DNA from: Octopus sinensis
Lineage: Eukaryota
DNA length: 43,693 nucleotides
Direction: 5' to 3'
Assembly (NCBI RefSeq): GCF_006345805.1
Contig: NW_021834980.1
Span: 1 to 43,693, forward strand
Under the pieces are notes generated by a model, which saw nothing but the letters and a program-made list of their open reading frames with translations, was not told where the DNA came from and did not search any database. A program made the position numbers and the translations under genes. This document shows positions 12,761 through 25,710 of this stretch, in pieces; positions within the stretch are counted from its first letter, which is position 1, and each line of letters opens with the position of its first letter.

Positions 12761-13039
12761 CCAAGCCTGCGGCAAAACATACTCAGGTTCAGATGTGATG
12801 ATTTACAATAAGCCACTCAAATGAGTCAGGTCATTTAAATATTTTAGAAGTACAGTTAACTTTAGAAGTATCTTAATGATGAAATCAAGGTTGTGGGTGC
12901 TTTTGGAAAACTTTCCCATCGTCTTTGAGATGAAAACAGTATGAGTTTGAAAACTAAAATAAGTGATACAAATCTTATATTTTGAGCACACTTTTGTACG
13001 GGGCATATATTTATATATATGTAAGTATATCTGTCATTG

Positions 13040-13350
13040 CTTAGTTTTATTTTAAGATTTCTTGCCAATAGAGAAAGAGGCAGTTTCTAACCGAGATTCA
13101 AGGTTCCTTCATTCGAATTTCTACATCAACAACATGGTATTTTTGCTTATATGTATGTATGTATGAATACACGCAGATTTGTATGTTTTGCTTTATGTAT
13201 GTATTCACATGCATATAGTTGCATATGTTAAAATGCTCATATATACCTAAACGATAAACTTTTGGAAAGTTTTACAGATTTTCTGTAGACTTCAAATTAG
13301 CCTTCTCCATTCTGGTTTTGAGAAGCCTAATTTTTCAAGACTGGTATATG
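13040..13350 (-). mobile_element. Second copy of the 3' end of the RLE LINE family at 2218-3745
   Basis: agatttcttgccaatagagaaaga...gcagatttgta...ggaaagttttacagatttt...ttctggttttgag matches 2225-2670 with an internal deletion. Confidence 0.85.
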
Positions 13351-14249
13351 AATGTATTATGTATGTATGTATGTATGTATGTATTATGTATGTATGTATG
13401 TATGTATGTATGTATGTATGTATGTATGTATGTGCGTATGTATGTATTTGTATATATGCATTCACTAATATTGAACGTTTCTTACTAAAAACCTTTGCAC
13501 CTTATATTTCACTGTAAAGCATTATAAATATTATACTTTCATCTCAGCCCAAAGGCCGAAACAGATAATTCTTGAATGTGGACACGGCAGTATGTGTGCG
13601 CGGGTGTGTGTGTGTGTGTGTGTGTGTGTTATGATAGCAAGTCGCAACGGTAGTTGTAGACTAAGGAAAAGAAGGAAAAGATTACCGACTGAAAAATTGA
13701 AAGAGGATAAGATTGAAGCTGAAATGGTAATTGGAAAGTGATTTATAGTGTTTGAGGCTGGAGATGCAGTTGATGTAGAGACCAATGGTGCATGGAAGAA
13801 TGGTAACCAAATGAGTTCTGGGCAGAAGAAAGGTAAAAAGAAGGAAATTGATTTCGCATGAATTATGGTATATTACTGAGACACGAAAGGAACAAAACCA
13901 AATTGTTTTCAGTTGGGGAAGAAATGAGATAGACCTTGAAGTGGAGATAGCTAAATATTTGAATCTAAAACTAGAGGTGAAAAGGTATTGAAACAGCGAT
14001 AAAAGTGGATTCTTGGTAGCGAAAGATGATTAAGCAGATAAAGTAATAAATTTAAGAGCAAGGAATCAGAGAAGCTTATGAAATAATAAAGGAAATTATA
14101 GGTAAAGTAACGAGTTCAAAAAGACTACTTGTGTTTATTATTGATGAGGGCCTAATAACATCAGGTGTAAATAATATTATATTAAGATGGATATAAAATT
14201 TTAATGTAGACGTGAACAAGCCCAGTAACGGGTAGAAATGCTCTGATAA

Positions 14250-14600
14250 TTTCTGAACTATGAGAGAAACCGGAACAAGCTATGCATGAATATCGTTTGA
14301 AGAACTTGAGCAATTTAAAAACCGGAAAGGCTGCTGCTGGATTAGATGGAACTGCAAGAGAAATGGTAAATACAGATAAGTAAATGTTGCGAGAGTATTA
14401 TTAAAATCTGTTTAATAGTATAGAGAATATTTGAACAGATATCTGAAAATTGGAAAATCGATGTAACAACATAAAAGGCTGGATTTGAAAGAATGTGATA
14501 ATTGAGAGGTTCAGTTTGTAACCCCGTGTGTTCAGTTTGATTATCCTGAATAAGATGCGGACTGCAATAAAATTCGCATTGGTTTCACATTCTGGCACTA
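14250..14600 (+). pseudogene. Highly degraded LINE RT N-terminal segment (probably RTE group)
   Basis: With frameshifts, LK(P)GKAAG(L)DG..REM and K..DLKECDN.RG motifs are readable; 13640-14250 may be the decayed upstream part. Confidence 0.45.
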
Positions 14601-14915
14601 GCCCAGCAATTTTCAGGGAGGATTAAGTCGATTACATCGACCCCAGTGTTCAACTAGTACTTAATTTATCGACCCCGAAAAGATGAAAGGCAAAGTCGCA
14701 CTCACGCTTACATATGTATATATAGTTTTATCTTTTATCTTTTTTACCGAACAGCTAATTTTACGGGGGACGTAAACACACCAACACCGGTTGTCAAGCG
14801 GTGGCGGGGGACAAACACAAACTCAAAGATATATATATACACACACACGCATATATATATACATACATATACACACACACAAACACACACACACACACAC
14901 ACATATATGTATATA

Positions 14916-15331
14916 TACTCTTTTACTCTTTTACTCTTTTACTTGTTTCAGTCATTTGACTGCGGCCATGCTGGAGCACCGCCTTTAGTCGAGCAAATCG
15001 ACCCCGGACTTATTCTTTGTAAGCCCAGTACTTATTCTATCGGTATCTTTGCCGAACCGCTAAGTGGCGGGGACGTAAACACCAGCATCGGTTGTCAAGC
15101 AATGCTAGGGGGACAAACACACACAAACACACACACATACACATATATACATATATATACATATATACGACAGGCTTCTATCAGTTTCCGTCTACCAAAT
15201 CCACTCACAAGGCATTGGTCGGCCCGGAGCTATAGCAGAAGACACTTGCCCAAGATGCCACGCAGTGGGACTGAACCCGGAACCATGTGGTTGGTTAGCA
15301 AGCTACTTACCACACAGCCACTCTTGCGCCT
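14916..15331 (-). mobile_element. Full-length SINE family A
   Basis: Complete head-body-tail match to the other family A copies. Confidence 0.9.
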
Positions 15332-15340
15332 ATATATATA

Positions 15341-15730
15341 TTCTTTTATTTGTTTCTGCCATTTGACTACGGTCATGCTGGAGCACCACCTTTAGTCGAA
15401 CAGATCAACCCAGGACTTATTCTTTGTAAGCCTAGTACTTATACTATCGGTTCTTTTTGCCGAACCGCTAATTTACGGGGACGTAAACACACCTGCATCG
15501 GTTGTCAAGCGATGTTGGTGGGGACAAACACAGACACACAAACAGTTACATACATACACATATATATATATATATATATATACGATGAAGGTCTTTCATT
15601 TTCCGTCTACCAAATCTACTCACAAGGCTTTGGTCGGGGGCTATAGTAGAAGACACTTGACCAAGGTGCCACGCACTGGAACCTTGTGACTGGTAAGCAA
15701 GCTACTTACCACACAGCCACTCCTGCGCCT
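15341..15730 (-). mobile_element. SINE family A, tandem neighbour of 14916-15331
   Basis: Same structure with a small internal deletion near the B box. Confidence 0.88.
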
Positions 15731-15738
15731 AAAATGTG

Positions 15739-15800
<62 letters not shown>

Positions 15801-16347
15801 GCTAAATTCAAAACAGTTGAAAACCGTAAAAAGAACAACACAGCGAATAAAACTGGTACTGTAGTCAGAAAAATTAGAAAGAGTACGAGAAATATATTGG
15901 TTTTATGCTTGAAATGAGTGATGATGTTTCGGATGTCAGTCATTCTTCAGAAGTAAGAAAAGAAATAATGAGAAGCGGGGTGAATGAGGACGAGGGACAA
16001 AAGAATGCGTGAGTGCCGTAAAATATGATTTGTAAGAAGAATCCAGGGTGAAGTGAACGGCTAAAAATCAGGAAGAATACTCGGGAAGAATACTGTCCTA
16101 TGAGGGAGGCGGGCCAAGAAAAGAAATAGGCGCGGGTATTTAGGTAGATGAGTCAGTGTGTCTGTACGTTTATAGTTACGGGTATAAGGAAGGTCTGTTT
16201 GTGTTGGTGCACGCATGTGTGTATTTGTGAAGTGTATGGATATGTATAGACGTGCGCATGGGTGTAAATCTAGTGGTGCGGTTTAGTCTGAGCGTGGTAG
16301 TAATAGAGGTGTGAAGTGTGTAATGGGTAGTCTGTCAGTATGTGCGT

Positions 16348-16380
<33 letters not shown>

Positions 16381-16789
16381 CACATACACACAAAGTGTCA
16401 CATTTACTTGTGTAGAGTTGACGTCTCATAAGCCATAGAACTGAAGTCAATTGCAATGTCTGAGACCTCTCCCAGGCCTGCGGTATAAACATTCGCTTTG
16501 ACAGCTGATTAGATGGACTTACGTTGCAATCTAGATCGAAAGTAATCTGACCAGATTACCGCTTGCAGCTTGATATGATGCAATATAAATATTGAAACTC
16601 ACCTTTGGAGTCTCACATAAATGTGTGTGTGCCTGTGTGCGTATAATATATACACGTGTGTGTGTGTGTGTGTGTGTGTGTCTATGTGAGTGTGTGTGTG
16701 TGTCTATGTGAGTGTGCATTTGAAGGCGTATACACACATTTGTATACATATATTCAAATGCACACACACAGGTGGATAGATAGATAGAT

Positions 16790-16851
16790 AGTGAGAGATA
16801 AACAGACTGACAGACAGATAAATAGATAGATAGACAGACAGACAGATAGAC

Positions 16852-16914
<63 letters not shown>

Positions 16915-16971
16915 CAGATAGGCAGGCAGGTAGCCGGACAACCGGACAGCCAGCCAGACAGACAGACAGAC

Positions 16972-17045
<74 letters not shown>
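16790..17045. repeat. (GATA)n/(GACA)n microsatellite
   Basis: Direct reading. Confidence 0.95.
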
Positions 17046-17048
<3 letters not shown>

Positions 17049-17394
17049 TATAAAGTAACAGAGAGAGGGGGAAAGAGAGAGAGAGAGAAATATACGCTTC
17101 TCTGTGTGTCTGTACTTGTTTGATTTAAGCGTTTCTGTGTATGTATATATTTATGTATGTATGTATATATATTTTATATATGTATGTATTTTATGTATAT
17201 GTATGAGCGTTAAATTTCTTCTGGCATTTTCGTCAGCTTCATTCTAATTGTCTTTCTTTTTCTCCTTACATCATGTTTTATTCGCTTTCTGTAAAACACA
17301 TGTATCTGCATAGGCGAGAGCACGTATCCTTGTTTACAGGAATGTACGTGTGTGTATACATGCACGTTCTATGTCTGTGATTCTGATACATATA

Positions 17395-17418
17395 TATATT
17401 ATACATATATATATATGC

Positions 17419-17503
<85 letters not shown>
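17395..17503. repeat. Long (TA)n microsatellite
   Basis: Direct reading. Confidence 0.97.
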
Positions 17504-17506
<3 letters not shown>

Positions 17507-17799
17507 ATATTCAAAGTTTCATTCTCTATGACACATAATCAATATTTCTTTGTATATGCATGTGTGATGTGTGTGAGTAATTTTTTTTTAAATTAAATTA
17601 AAAATTAAAAACGTTGTGGCAAAGCAGATTTCTTTCTTGAAACAAACACCACTTTTTTATTGTTTCATCTCACAGCAAACAGAGTGGTGGATTAGTGGAG
17701 TCATAAAACGACGTGAGAAAAATATTTTGTATTTCCTTCGGCTGTTTATGTTCTGGGTTCAAATCCCGCCGAGGTTAACTTTAGCTTTCTGAAGTAAGA

Positions 17800-18420
17800 C
17801 AGAGTTTATCACGATCACCTCCAAGTTAACTGAACTTAAATTGCTCAATAATATATCAATCAAAAACGTTGACGACTTCAAATATCTTGGATCATACATC
17901 GTAGACTCGCAAAAGGTCTTTGACATCCACAAAGCTCTTCCTTGGGATGCATGTAACAGACTTGATAAGATCTGGCACTCAAACTTTCCACCCACGTTAA
18001 AAGTTTAAATATTTAGAACACTGATTGAGCCGGTCCTTCTCTATGGATCAGAGACCTGGACCTTATCGGCTCTCTTAAAAAAACAACTAACTGAAACATA
18101 TACCAACCTGCTCAGAAAGATGCAGAACATCAGATAGAGATCACACCCAACACTTAGTAACATCTACGGAAATATGATACCAAAATCTCTCAAGCTAAAA
18201 CAGAAACCACTACAATTTGCTGGCCACTGTCATCGAGCAGAGGAAGAGGTTATCCCTCCCTGCTCTTATGGCATCCATTTGGAAGTGTTTTTTCTAGAAA
18301 AATGACATTTCCAGATACTATATCTCAAGACTCAGGGCTGGATATTAGCGACCTGAACACAGCAATGCAGGACCGTGTAGTGTGGAAAGAGGTTGTCAAT
18401 GGAGTACGGACCAACCATAG
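17800..18420 (+). mobile_element. RTE-group LINE 3' fragment (RT C-terminus), pseudogenised
   Basis: My translation: IKNVDDFKYLGSYI...WDACNRLDKIWHSN...EPVLLYGSETWTL...QFAGHCHRAEEE...AMQDRVVWKEVV, with in-frame stops. Confidence 0.85.
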
Positions 18421-18774
18421 GTTAGTAGAAGGATGACGTTAATGAGCTTTCTGAAATCGTTTATACAGATTATTGGGGTGGTTTTTTACTACTGCTCCTA
18501 ATAAGTCAAGTAACTATATTGGTTTCTCGACTTCTTTATTGTTCTTTATCTCCATGTCAGGTCTGATCCAAAAGGCCTATCATTAAAAGCATTGATTCTA
18601 CGAACACCCTGCTGTTTCCTCTGGCTTAGTGTGCTTTGGACTTTATTATTCAGTTATAACAATATACTACAACATGGTCTTGGCTGTGGTTCCTGAAAAA
18701 AAACATAGCTTCCAATCAGTCCTAATCGTGTAAACCTCTAATCAAAAGCATTGCCATCTCGTCAGTGGATATGA

Positions 18775-19093
18775 GACCCCCTTCGGTCACGACACTGACC
18801 GTGGGATTGCACCTAGAAAGTTACCCTCCCAGGCAAAAGTCCGGGCAAGGTTGTCACCCATGAATACCAGCCTCCCCTCTCCACGCCACCGATGTTATCC
18901 AAGGGAAAGGCAAAGGGGCCGATACAGCTTGGCACCTGTGACGTCGCAATTCATTTCTACAGCTGAGTGAACTGGAGCAACGTGAAATAAAGTGTCTTGC
19001 TCAAGAACACAACACGCAGCCCGCTCCGGGATTCGAGTTCACAACCTCACGATCGTAAGCTCGACGCTCTAACCACTGAGCCATGCGCCTTCA
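18775..19093 (-). mobile_element. SINE family D (tRNA head, ttcttgagcaagacactt central motif)
   Basis: Minus strand ggcgcatggctcagtggttagagcg (A box) and gaactcgaatcc (B box), then body. Confidence 0.82.
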
Positions 19094-19172
19094 CTACATA
19101 TAGAACTTCATAGAACTACATTATCCTGAGTAAATACGTATTTTTCCTGTTATAAGACATTATGATGTGACT

Positions 19173-19330
19173 TGGTGAAAGGTGCATGACCTAATGGTAA
19201 ACTGTTGGACTTACGATCGATCTTAAGCTCGTGGAGTCGCTTCCGGGACTATGTGGTGCTTTGCACTCTGGGAAAAGTACTTCATTTGCAGTTGTGCCAG
19301 TCCACTTAGCTGAAAATAACTTAGGTCTGC
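19173..19330 (+). mobile_element. Old SINE related to family D, head-to-head with it
   Basis: ggtgcatgacctaatggtaa...ctgggaaaagtacttcatt...ccagtccacttagctgaaaat. Confidence 0.5.
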
Positions 19331-19674
19331 TGCAGAAAGGTACCACGCTGACTATAAGCTCAAAATCTTGAAAATGCATGATATGAACAGCCTTTCATTG
19401 ATGCTGTTCACTGGATATTAAGAATGGTGGGTGATGTAACTTAACTGTTACTTCTAGCAGTTCCAAGTAGAGGCTTCAGTGGATCATTGGCTCTGCAGTC
19501 GTTGCTTACATTAGAATTCTACTTTCGGTTTAAATGGCGGTTTAAATGGCGTATATTCAAATATGGGGCAAAATCGAAAGAAGCAAAACCAAAATTGTAT
19601 TAACAGCACAGTTCTTTCAAAAAATCGTATCATAACCTGCCAGGTCACAAAAGCTCTGTTCGGCAACACATATC

Positions 19675-19886
19675 TGTTATTTGTTTCAGTTACTGGAATG
19701 TGACCAGGCTGGAGTAACGCTTTGAAGGGTCTTTTAGTCGAACGAATCCACCCTAGTACACCATTTTTAAGCCTAGCACTTATTGTATTGATTGTCTTTT
19801 ACCAAATCACCAGATTGTTGGGATGTAAACAAACCAACACCGGTTGTCAAGCGGTGATGGGCACAAGCACAAAGACACTCAAAAAC

Positions 19887-19942
<56 letters not shown>

Positions 19943-19986
19943 TGTTGTGTATACACATACATACATACCATACATACATACATACA

Positions 19987-20022
<36 letters not shown>

Positions 20023-20031
20023 TATATATTA

Positions 20032-20077
<46 letters not shown>

Positions 20078-20305
20078 TATTATAATATATATATATATAA
20101 TAATATATATATATAATATTATATATATATTATGCATGTTGTGTATATATATACGACGGGCTTCTTCCAGTTTGTCTATGAGATCCACTCTCAAGGTTTT
20201 GGTGGCCCGAAACTATAATAGAAGACACTAGCCCAAGGTTCCACACAGTGGGACTGAACCCAGGACAGTATGGTGCAAAAGCAAACTCTTATCACACAGC
20301 TAAGC
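19675..20305 (-). mobile_element. Diverged SINE family A with greatly expanded internal microsatellite
   Basis: 3' half at 19675-19870 and 5' half at 20150-20305, separated by CATA/TG/TA repeats. Confidence 0.75.
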
Positions 20306-20988
20306 CTGTAGTATCAATATACTAATACTGTTACAGATTGAAGAAAACAGAAGATAATCGTGCATATGTGTTTTGAATTAGAATCCTGACTCTATCGCGT
20401 TGCAAGTATTTCGTTTTCATAAAACCACAACGTCAGACTAAGTCATTTGCCAAGCAAGCGCAAGTCATTATGATACATAACACTGAACAATATTTCGATA
20501 ATCGAACCAAAGAAAACGAACGAAAGGAATAGCCAAGTTGTGGTGGAATGTGTAAGCATGAAATCAATGCTATCAATAAAGAGATCAAATTATGGAAGCC
20601 AATATCTGCTGTATATAATTAGTTAACCAGGGTTTAGACAAAGTATAAAGCAGTTTGTTTTAATTTATTTGCTTTCGTTTTTATTTCTTTTTCAAAGCAA
20701 ATGGCGGTTTGCTTCTGTTCTTTCTCCTGGCAATATTTTTAATAGAATTATAGTATTTCAGGAATTTGTTGCCACAGATAAGTTGTTGCCGAATGAAAAA
20801 CCAAAATGGAGGGAAAAGATTAGACAATATTGGAAGATCTTGATACCAAAAGTACACGACCTTCTTAAAAATAAATCGATTCCAGAATATAGAATATTAA
20901 ATCATACACTTCTGCAAATCATAAGAATTGAAAGGAGGGAATTTTAACATTATCTTAAGCTTATTTATAATTATCTTTTGTCTTCACA

Positions 20989-21620
20989 AAGGCGGTGAGA
21001 TGGTAGAATCGTTAGCGCGCAGGGACAAAAATGCTCATTGTCATTTCTTCTAGCTTTACATTCCGAGTTCAAATTCTGCCAAGGATTCACTTGACTTTTC
21101 ATCCTCTCCAGATCGACAAAATAAGTACCAGTTCAGCAATGGCGTCGATGTAATTAACTAGTCGCTCCCCGCAAAATTTCGGGCTTTTTGCCCATAATAG
21201 AAAGATATTTTAAGGCGGTGAGCTGGTACAATCATCAGCACGCCGGACAAAACACTCAGCGGTATTTCATCCGGTTTACGTTCTAATTTCAAAATTTCCT
21301 TATGGTCTTTTACTTTCATCTTTTCGGAGTCGGTAGAATAAATAAATGGTATCGATGTAAGTGACTAGCCCCTTTCCCCAATAATTTCGGGCCTTGTGCT
21401 TATAGTAGAAAGGATTTGAGGCGGCAAGCTGGCAGAGTCGTCAGCACACTCGACAAGATGGCATTTTTTCCGGTTAACGTCCTGAGTTCAATTTCCCTCG
21501 AGTTCACATTGTCTTTCATCTTTTCAAGGTCGACAAAATACATAAACGTTGAGAACTGGAGTCATTGTCATCGGTTCCGCCCATCCTCCTAAAAATTATC
21601 AGGTTTTGTGCCTATGGTAG
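20989..21620 (+). mobile_element. Head-to-tail trimer of diverged SINE family B copies
   Basis: Heads aaggcggtgagatggtagaatcg (20989), taaggcggtgagctggtacaatc (21211), gaggcggcaagctggcagagtcg (21418); each unit ends in ...agaaag(a/g)att. Confidence 0.82.
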
Positions 21621-21904
21621 AAAGAATTACTATTATTTCCCTTGATGTGACCTAATGGTTCACTGGACGGGTGACTATTGTCCATTTAACTACTTTGCAG
21701 ACAATCCATCCTCACTCTGTCACTCTTCTTCTTTCCCCTCCCTCACTCTTTCTCTCTCGCTCGCTCGCTTTCTGTCTATCTATCTAGGCGTAGGAGTGGC
21801 TGTGTGATAAGTAGCTTGCTTACGCGCATGCGTCACCCAGAGTGCATTTGGTTTGTCGTTTGTGTCGGACGTTGGTTTTTGTTACTGCTTTGAGAGTAGA
21901 GACA

Positions 21905-22430
21905 ATGTACTCAGACTTTAGCAGGTCTGAGTTGTTTTCAGCAGAGGAGAAGCTGGCAAGAACGGTCATAAAGATGGATGGAGTGTTGGAGAAGACAAGG
22001 TGTTTTGCTAAGGTCACGTAGATGAAGCGAAGGGAGTGGACTTGGTTGGTCTGAAGGAGTATGAGAAGATGGTACAGAAGGTGTGATGGGACATGAGGTT
22101 GTCGCCCCCCAAAGGAATTATGGAACGGATGGAGAGAAAAACGATCACCTATAAGGTGTTCTCGTTAAAAGGAAAAAGGCCGAGCAGGTGGAAGCTGAAA
22201 CGGAAAAGGCGCTAAGGGAGCAGTCAAAGGAAATAACGTATATAACTAAAGGAAGGAGATATGGGACAATGGTCGTCCAATTTAGGATAGTAGAGGAGGC
22301 GAGGAGGCTGGCGAGTGTGGCGGTGAAAACAGAGGAAGTAGTGATTCTGCCCACATACCTTGGAAGAAAGACTTCCAAGGTGAGGGTAGAAGCAATTCCA
22401 CCGGATATAGAAGTGGCTTGGGTAGCGACA
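21905..22430 (+). pseudogene. Probable L1/Tx1-type LINE ORF1 (RRM-like) N-terminal fragment
   Basis: EITYITKGRRYGTMVVQFRIVEEARRLAS...VILPTYLGRKTSKVRV; same motif pattern as ORF 33106. Clade assignment is inference. Confidence 0.5.
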
Positions 22431-22793
22431 AATACTGTCAGATCATTGATGTAGCCATACCAAATGAGATGAATGCTGTGAGTAAAGAGGATGAAAAAAA
22501 TCATCAAGTACTCCAAATTGAAGGTGGAAATGGTAAGACTGTATGGAAGCGAGAGCATAATGTAAAAGCGATGCCAGTGGTGATCGGAGTGTTGGGCTCA
22601 ATACCATTGACACATCAAAACTACTTAAGGCAACTTGAAATCCCATGCAAGATTGATGTCTTACAAAAAGCAGCCTTGTTGGGTACAGTGCACAGCTTAA
22701 GGAAAATACTATTTGTCTGAGGTGAGGTCCTTGTTGTGACTTGACAGATTACTAAAGATTCCGGTGCATTTTTATCTACACTGTGTTACGAAG

Positions 22794-22795
<2 letters not shown>
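22430..22795 (+). mobile_element. RLE-type LINE 3' end with (AAT)n tail
   Basis: CQIIDVAIPNE...PVVIGVLGSI...LQKAALLGTVHSLRKIL*, short UTR, then (AAT)n 22795-22858. Confidence 0.88.
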
Positions 22796-22840
<45 letters not shown>

Positions 22841-22874
22841 TAATAATAATAATAATAACAACAACAACAACAAC

Positions 22875-23235
22875 AACAAGAGTCCTCAGAGAACGCAAAC
22901 CTCCGCCAAGGCAACACCAATGTCTTCTCAACGATTAGCCAGAGATAATTTTTAAAATGAGAATATCTAAAATAAACTCGACTGCACTCACAAACTAGAA
23001 TACTAAAAATGAACCTGACCGCTCTCAGAAATTAAGTAAAAAAAATACAGGAAAAATAATCCAGAATCCTTGACCGGTGCTAGATCGATCTAATCACTTC
23101 GTGCTAGTCACGAAGCCAAACATCCCTGAAAGTTTCATCCTAATCCATCCAGCGGTTCTTGAGATATCTTGTCTATGGACAAACAAACAAACACGACTGA
23201 AAACAATACCTCCACCTTCGCTAAGGCGGAGGTAG
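22875..23235 (+). mobile_element. Helentron-type non-autonomous element (HINE/DINE-1/pearl-like architecture)
   Basis: Subterminal acctccgcc (22899-22907) is inverted to ggcggaggt (23225-23233); 3' hairpin acctccacctt-cgct-aaggcggaggt; (ACAA)n core just inside. Confidence 0.65.
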
Positions 23236-23264
23236 AGGTATACCTTTAATTTTTTGGCACAAGG

Positions 23265-23430
23265 CCAGGAGTTTCAAGGGATTGGTCAATCGATTACATC
23301 GACTCCAGAACTTGACAGGTACTTATTTTATCGACCCCGAAAAGATGTAGGGTGAATTCGACGCCGGCAGAATTTGAACACAGAGCGTAAAAACGAGCGA
23401 AATACCAATAAGCATTTTGTCCGGCATACA
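23265..23430 (-). mobile_element. SINE family B
   Basis: cgattacatcgac...tttatcgaccccgaaaagatg...gaatttgaacacagagcgtaa. Confidence 0.7.
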
Positions 23431-23854
23431 ACTAAAATAGCAATAATAATGTCGTTTAGGGTGTATAAAAATAGCATTTTACAGGTCTTGTTTCCAAGTT
23501 TATAAATAACCAAAATTATATTCTGATACTCCAGTATACTTGCATCCCAGTTGACTTGGATTAGTAACAGATTAGAACTGAAATGAAAGCATGTTACCGA
23601 GAAGCTGAGAATATAAATTAGTTGATCGTTTTCGTGAAGCATGTTGTAGTTAAGTTAACATCCTACGGAAATCAATCTTCGCTGTTAACAGCGTTTATTG
23701 AAAACAAAATGGCAATAAAGGGTAAATATGGCTTCTTTTAAAATGTGTAAATCAGTCGAAGAGGTCTTGGCCTATTTTCGAAATAATTGCAACCAAGATT
23801 CTTCCTAGCAGCCGGTAATGAAACTACTAATACTTCTGATACTAATACTGCTGG

Positions 23855-24000
23855 TGCTTCTTCTTCTTCTTCCAATTCTTCTTCTTCTTCTTATTCTTCC
23901 TCTTCTTCTTCTTCTTCTTCTTCTTCTTCTTCTTCTTCTTCTTCTTCTTCTTCTTCTTCTTCTTCTTCTTCTTCTTCTTCTTCTTCTTCTTCTTCTTCCA
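23855..24000. repeat. (TCT)n homopyrimidine trinucleotide tract
   Basis: Direct reading. Confidence 0.97.
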
Positions 24001-24099
24001 ATCAGGACTCACGCCATTAGCCACAAAGAATAATCTCTAATTCGAGCCTACTCTAAGCTACTAAGAATGCGTGTGGCAACTTGAAGATCCGCCCACCAC

Positions 24100-24478
24100 A
24101 TGCGATAGACTGGCGGTTGCACGGGCGCGAAAGCTACGTTACTACCCTCATTCCGTAAATGATAGCTTTTAACGGGTGGAAAGCTGAACCATCCTGGGGT
24201 ACATAGGATTCGTAATCTAGACTAGGGTCTGAAAGTTTACCACACCATAGTGGGTAACACCACGATTCCTCTGCTTTGTGGCAGAAGTAGGAAGAAAGAG
24301 AGAGAGAAAGTTGTGGGGAAAGAGTATAGCGGTGTTCACCACCCCTCCCCGCCGGAGCCTTGTGGAGCTTAGGTGTTTTTGCTGAATAAACACTCATAAT
24401 GTCCGGTCTGGGAATCGAAACCGCGATTTTACGACCGCGGGTCCGCTGTCTTAACCACTGGGCCATTGCACCTCCACC
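24100..24478 (-). mobile_element. SINE family C with a distinct 3' tail; 3' boundary approximate
   Basis: 24290-24478 matches the family C head and body at 9520-9700 and 43355-43554. Confidence 0.8.
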
Positions 24479-24689
24479 TCCACAATGTTGTTGTTGATGT
24501 TGCTGCTGCTGCAACAACTACTGCTCCCAAGGAAAAAAATAAAAGAAAGAAAGAAAACGAAGGAGTAGAAAATGTACCCTTTTTTTACTTTAGTAACAAC
24601 AGCAACGGTAATGCTCCTTGTTTCTAAATTTGGCATGAAACCAGCTCTTTCAGAGTAAAAGAGTCAGATAATGATATTAGGCCCAAGTA

Positions 24690-25205
24690 CTTGACAAATA
24701 CTTTGTCTTTATCGACCTCGACAGGATGAAAACTAAAGTTGGCCACGGTGAGATTGGCACTCAGAACGCCAAGACCCGAAATAAATACCACAAAGCATTT
24801 TGTCTGATGTCCCAAGGATTCTGACAGCTCGCTACCGTCGCCATCTTGATAACGATTTTTTGGCACAAGGCCAGCAGTTTCCAGGGGAAGGTAACTCGAT
24901 TACATTCCCCCATTCCACCCCAGTTGTACAACTGATACTTATTTTGTCGACCCCGATAGGATGAAAGACAAAGTCGACCTCAGCGGAGTTGGAACTCAGA
25001 ACGGTAAACCGGACAAAATGCCGATAAGTATTTTGTTCGGCATTCTAAGAATTTCGTCTGTCTGAGTTGAAATTTCACCGAGATCGATTTTGCCTTTCAT
25101 TCTTTCGAGATCGATGAAACAAGTACCAGTTGAGTACTGGGGTCGATGTAATCGTCATACCCCTCCCCAGCAAAATTGCTGGTCTTGTGCCAAAATTTGA
25201 AATCC
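24690..25205. mobile_element. Cluster of three SINE family B copies (two minus, one plus)
   Basis: Family B body motifs at 24690-24845 (-), 24860-25050 (-) and 25060-25205 (+). Confidence 0.7.
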
Positions 25206-25564
25206 TTATTACTATAAGTACTTGGGGGAGACCAGGATGAGTGGGGTTCCTTGGTTGTTTGAGTAGAGCTTCCCTAATTTGGGGGAATTTTATATTAGAT
25301 TCTGTTGTGTCTAGGGTGAGTCAGTTTCTTTTTGTGCCTTATAATGTAACACACTCACCAGTAAAATTTCCACTTATTTCTTATCTTTATTTTCCTAAAA
25401 TTTTCGTTGCGTCTTCCAACTTTTTCATTTGTCTTGACTATTTTAGATTAATTATTGTTAATTGTTTGCTTTTGTTGTTTACACGCACTACTTGCAAATC
25501 CCCTTTGTCCCTTGTGTTGTATTGTCCTTTGTCGTGTGTGCTGTCCTTGTGACCAATAAAGACA

Positions 25565-25633
25565 GAATTACTACAACTACTACTACCACTACCACTACTA
25601 CTACTACTACTACCACTACTACTACTACTACTA

Positions 25634-25669
<36 letters not shown>

Positions 25670-25679
25670 ACTACTACTA

Positions 25680-25710
<31 letters not shown>
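25565..25710. repeat. (CTA)n/(CCA)n trinucleotide microsatellite
   Basis: Direct reading. Confidence 0.95.

Noticed and set aside
15915-15952. Minus-strand ctgaaga...ccgaaacatc, hammerhead-like
   Set aside because: Stem I does not pair and stem II is not closed next to GAAA.
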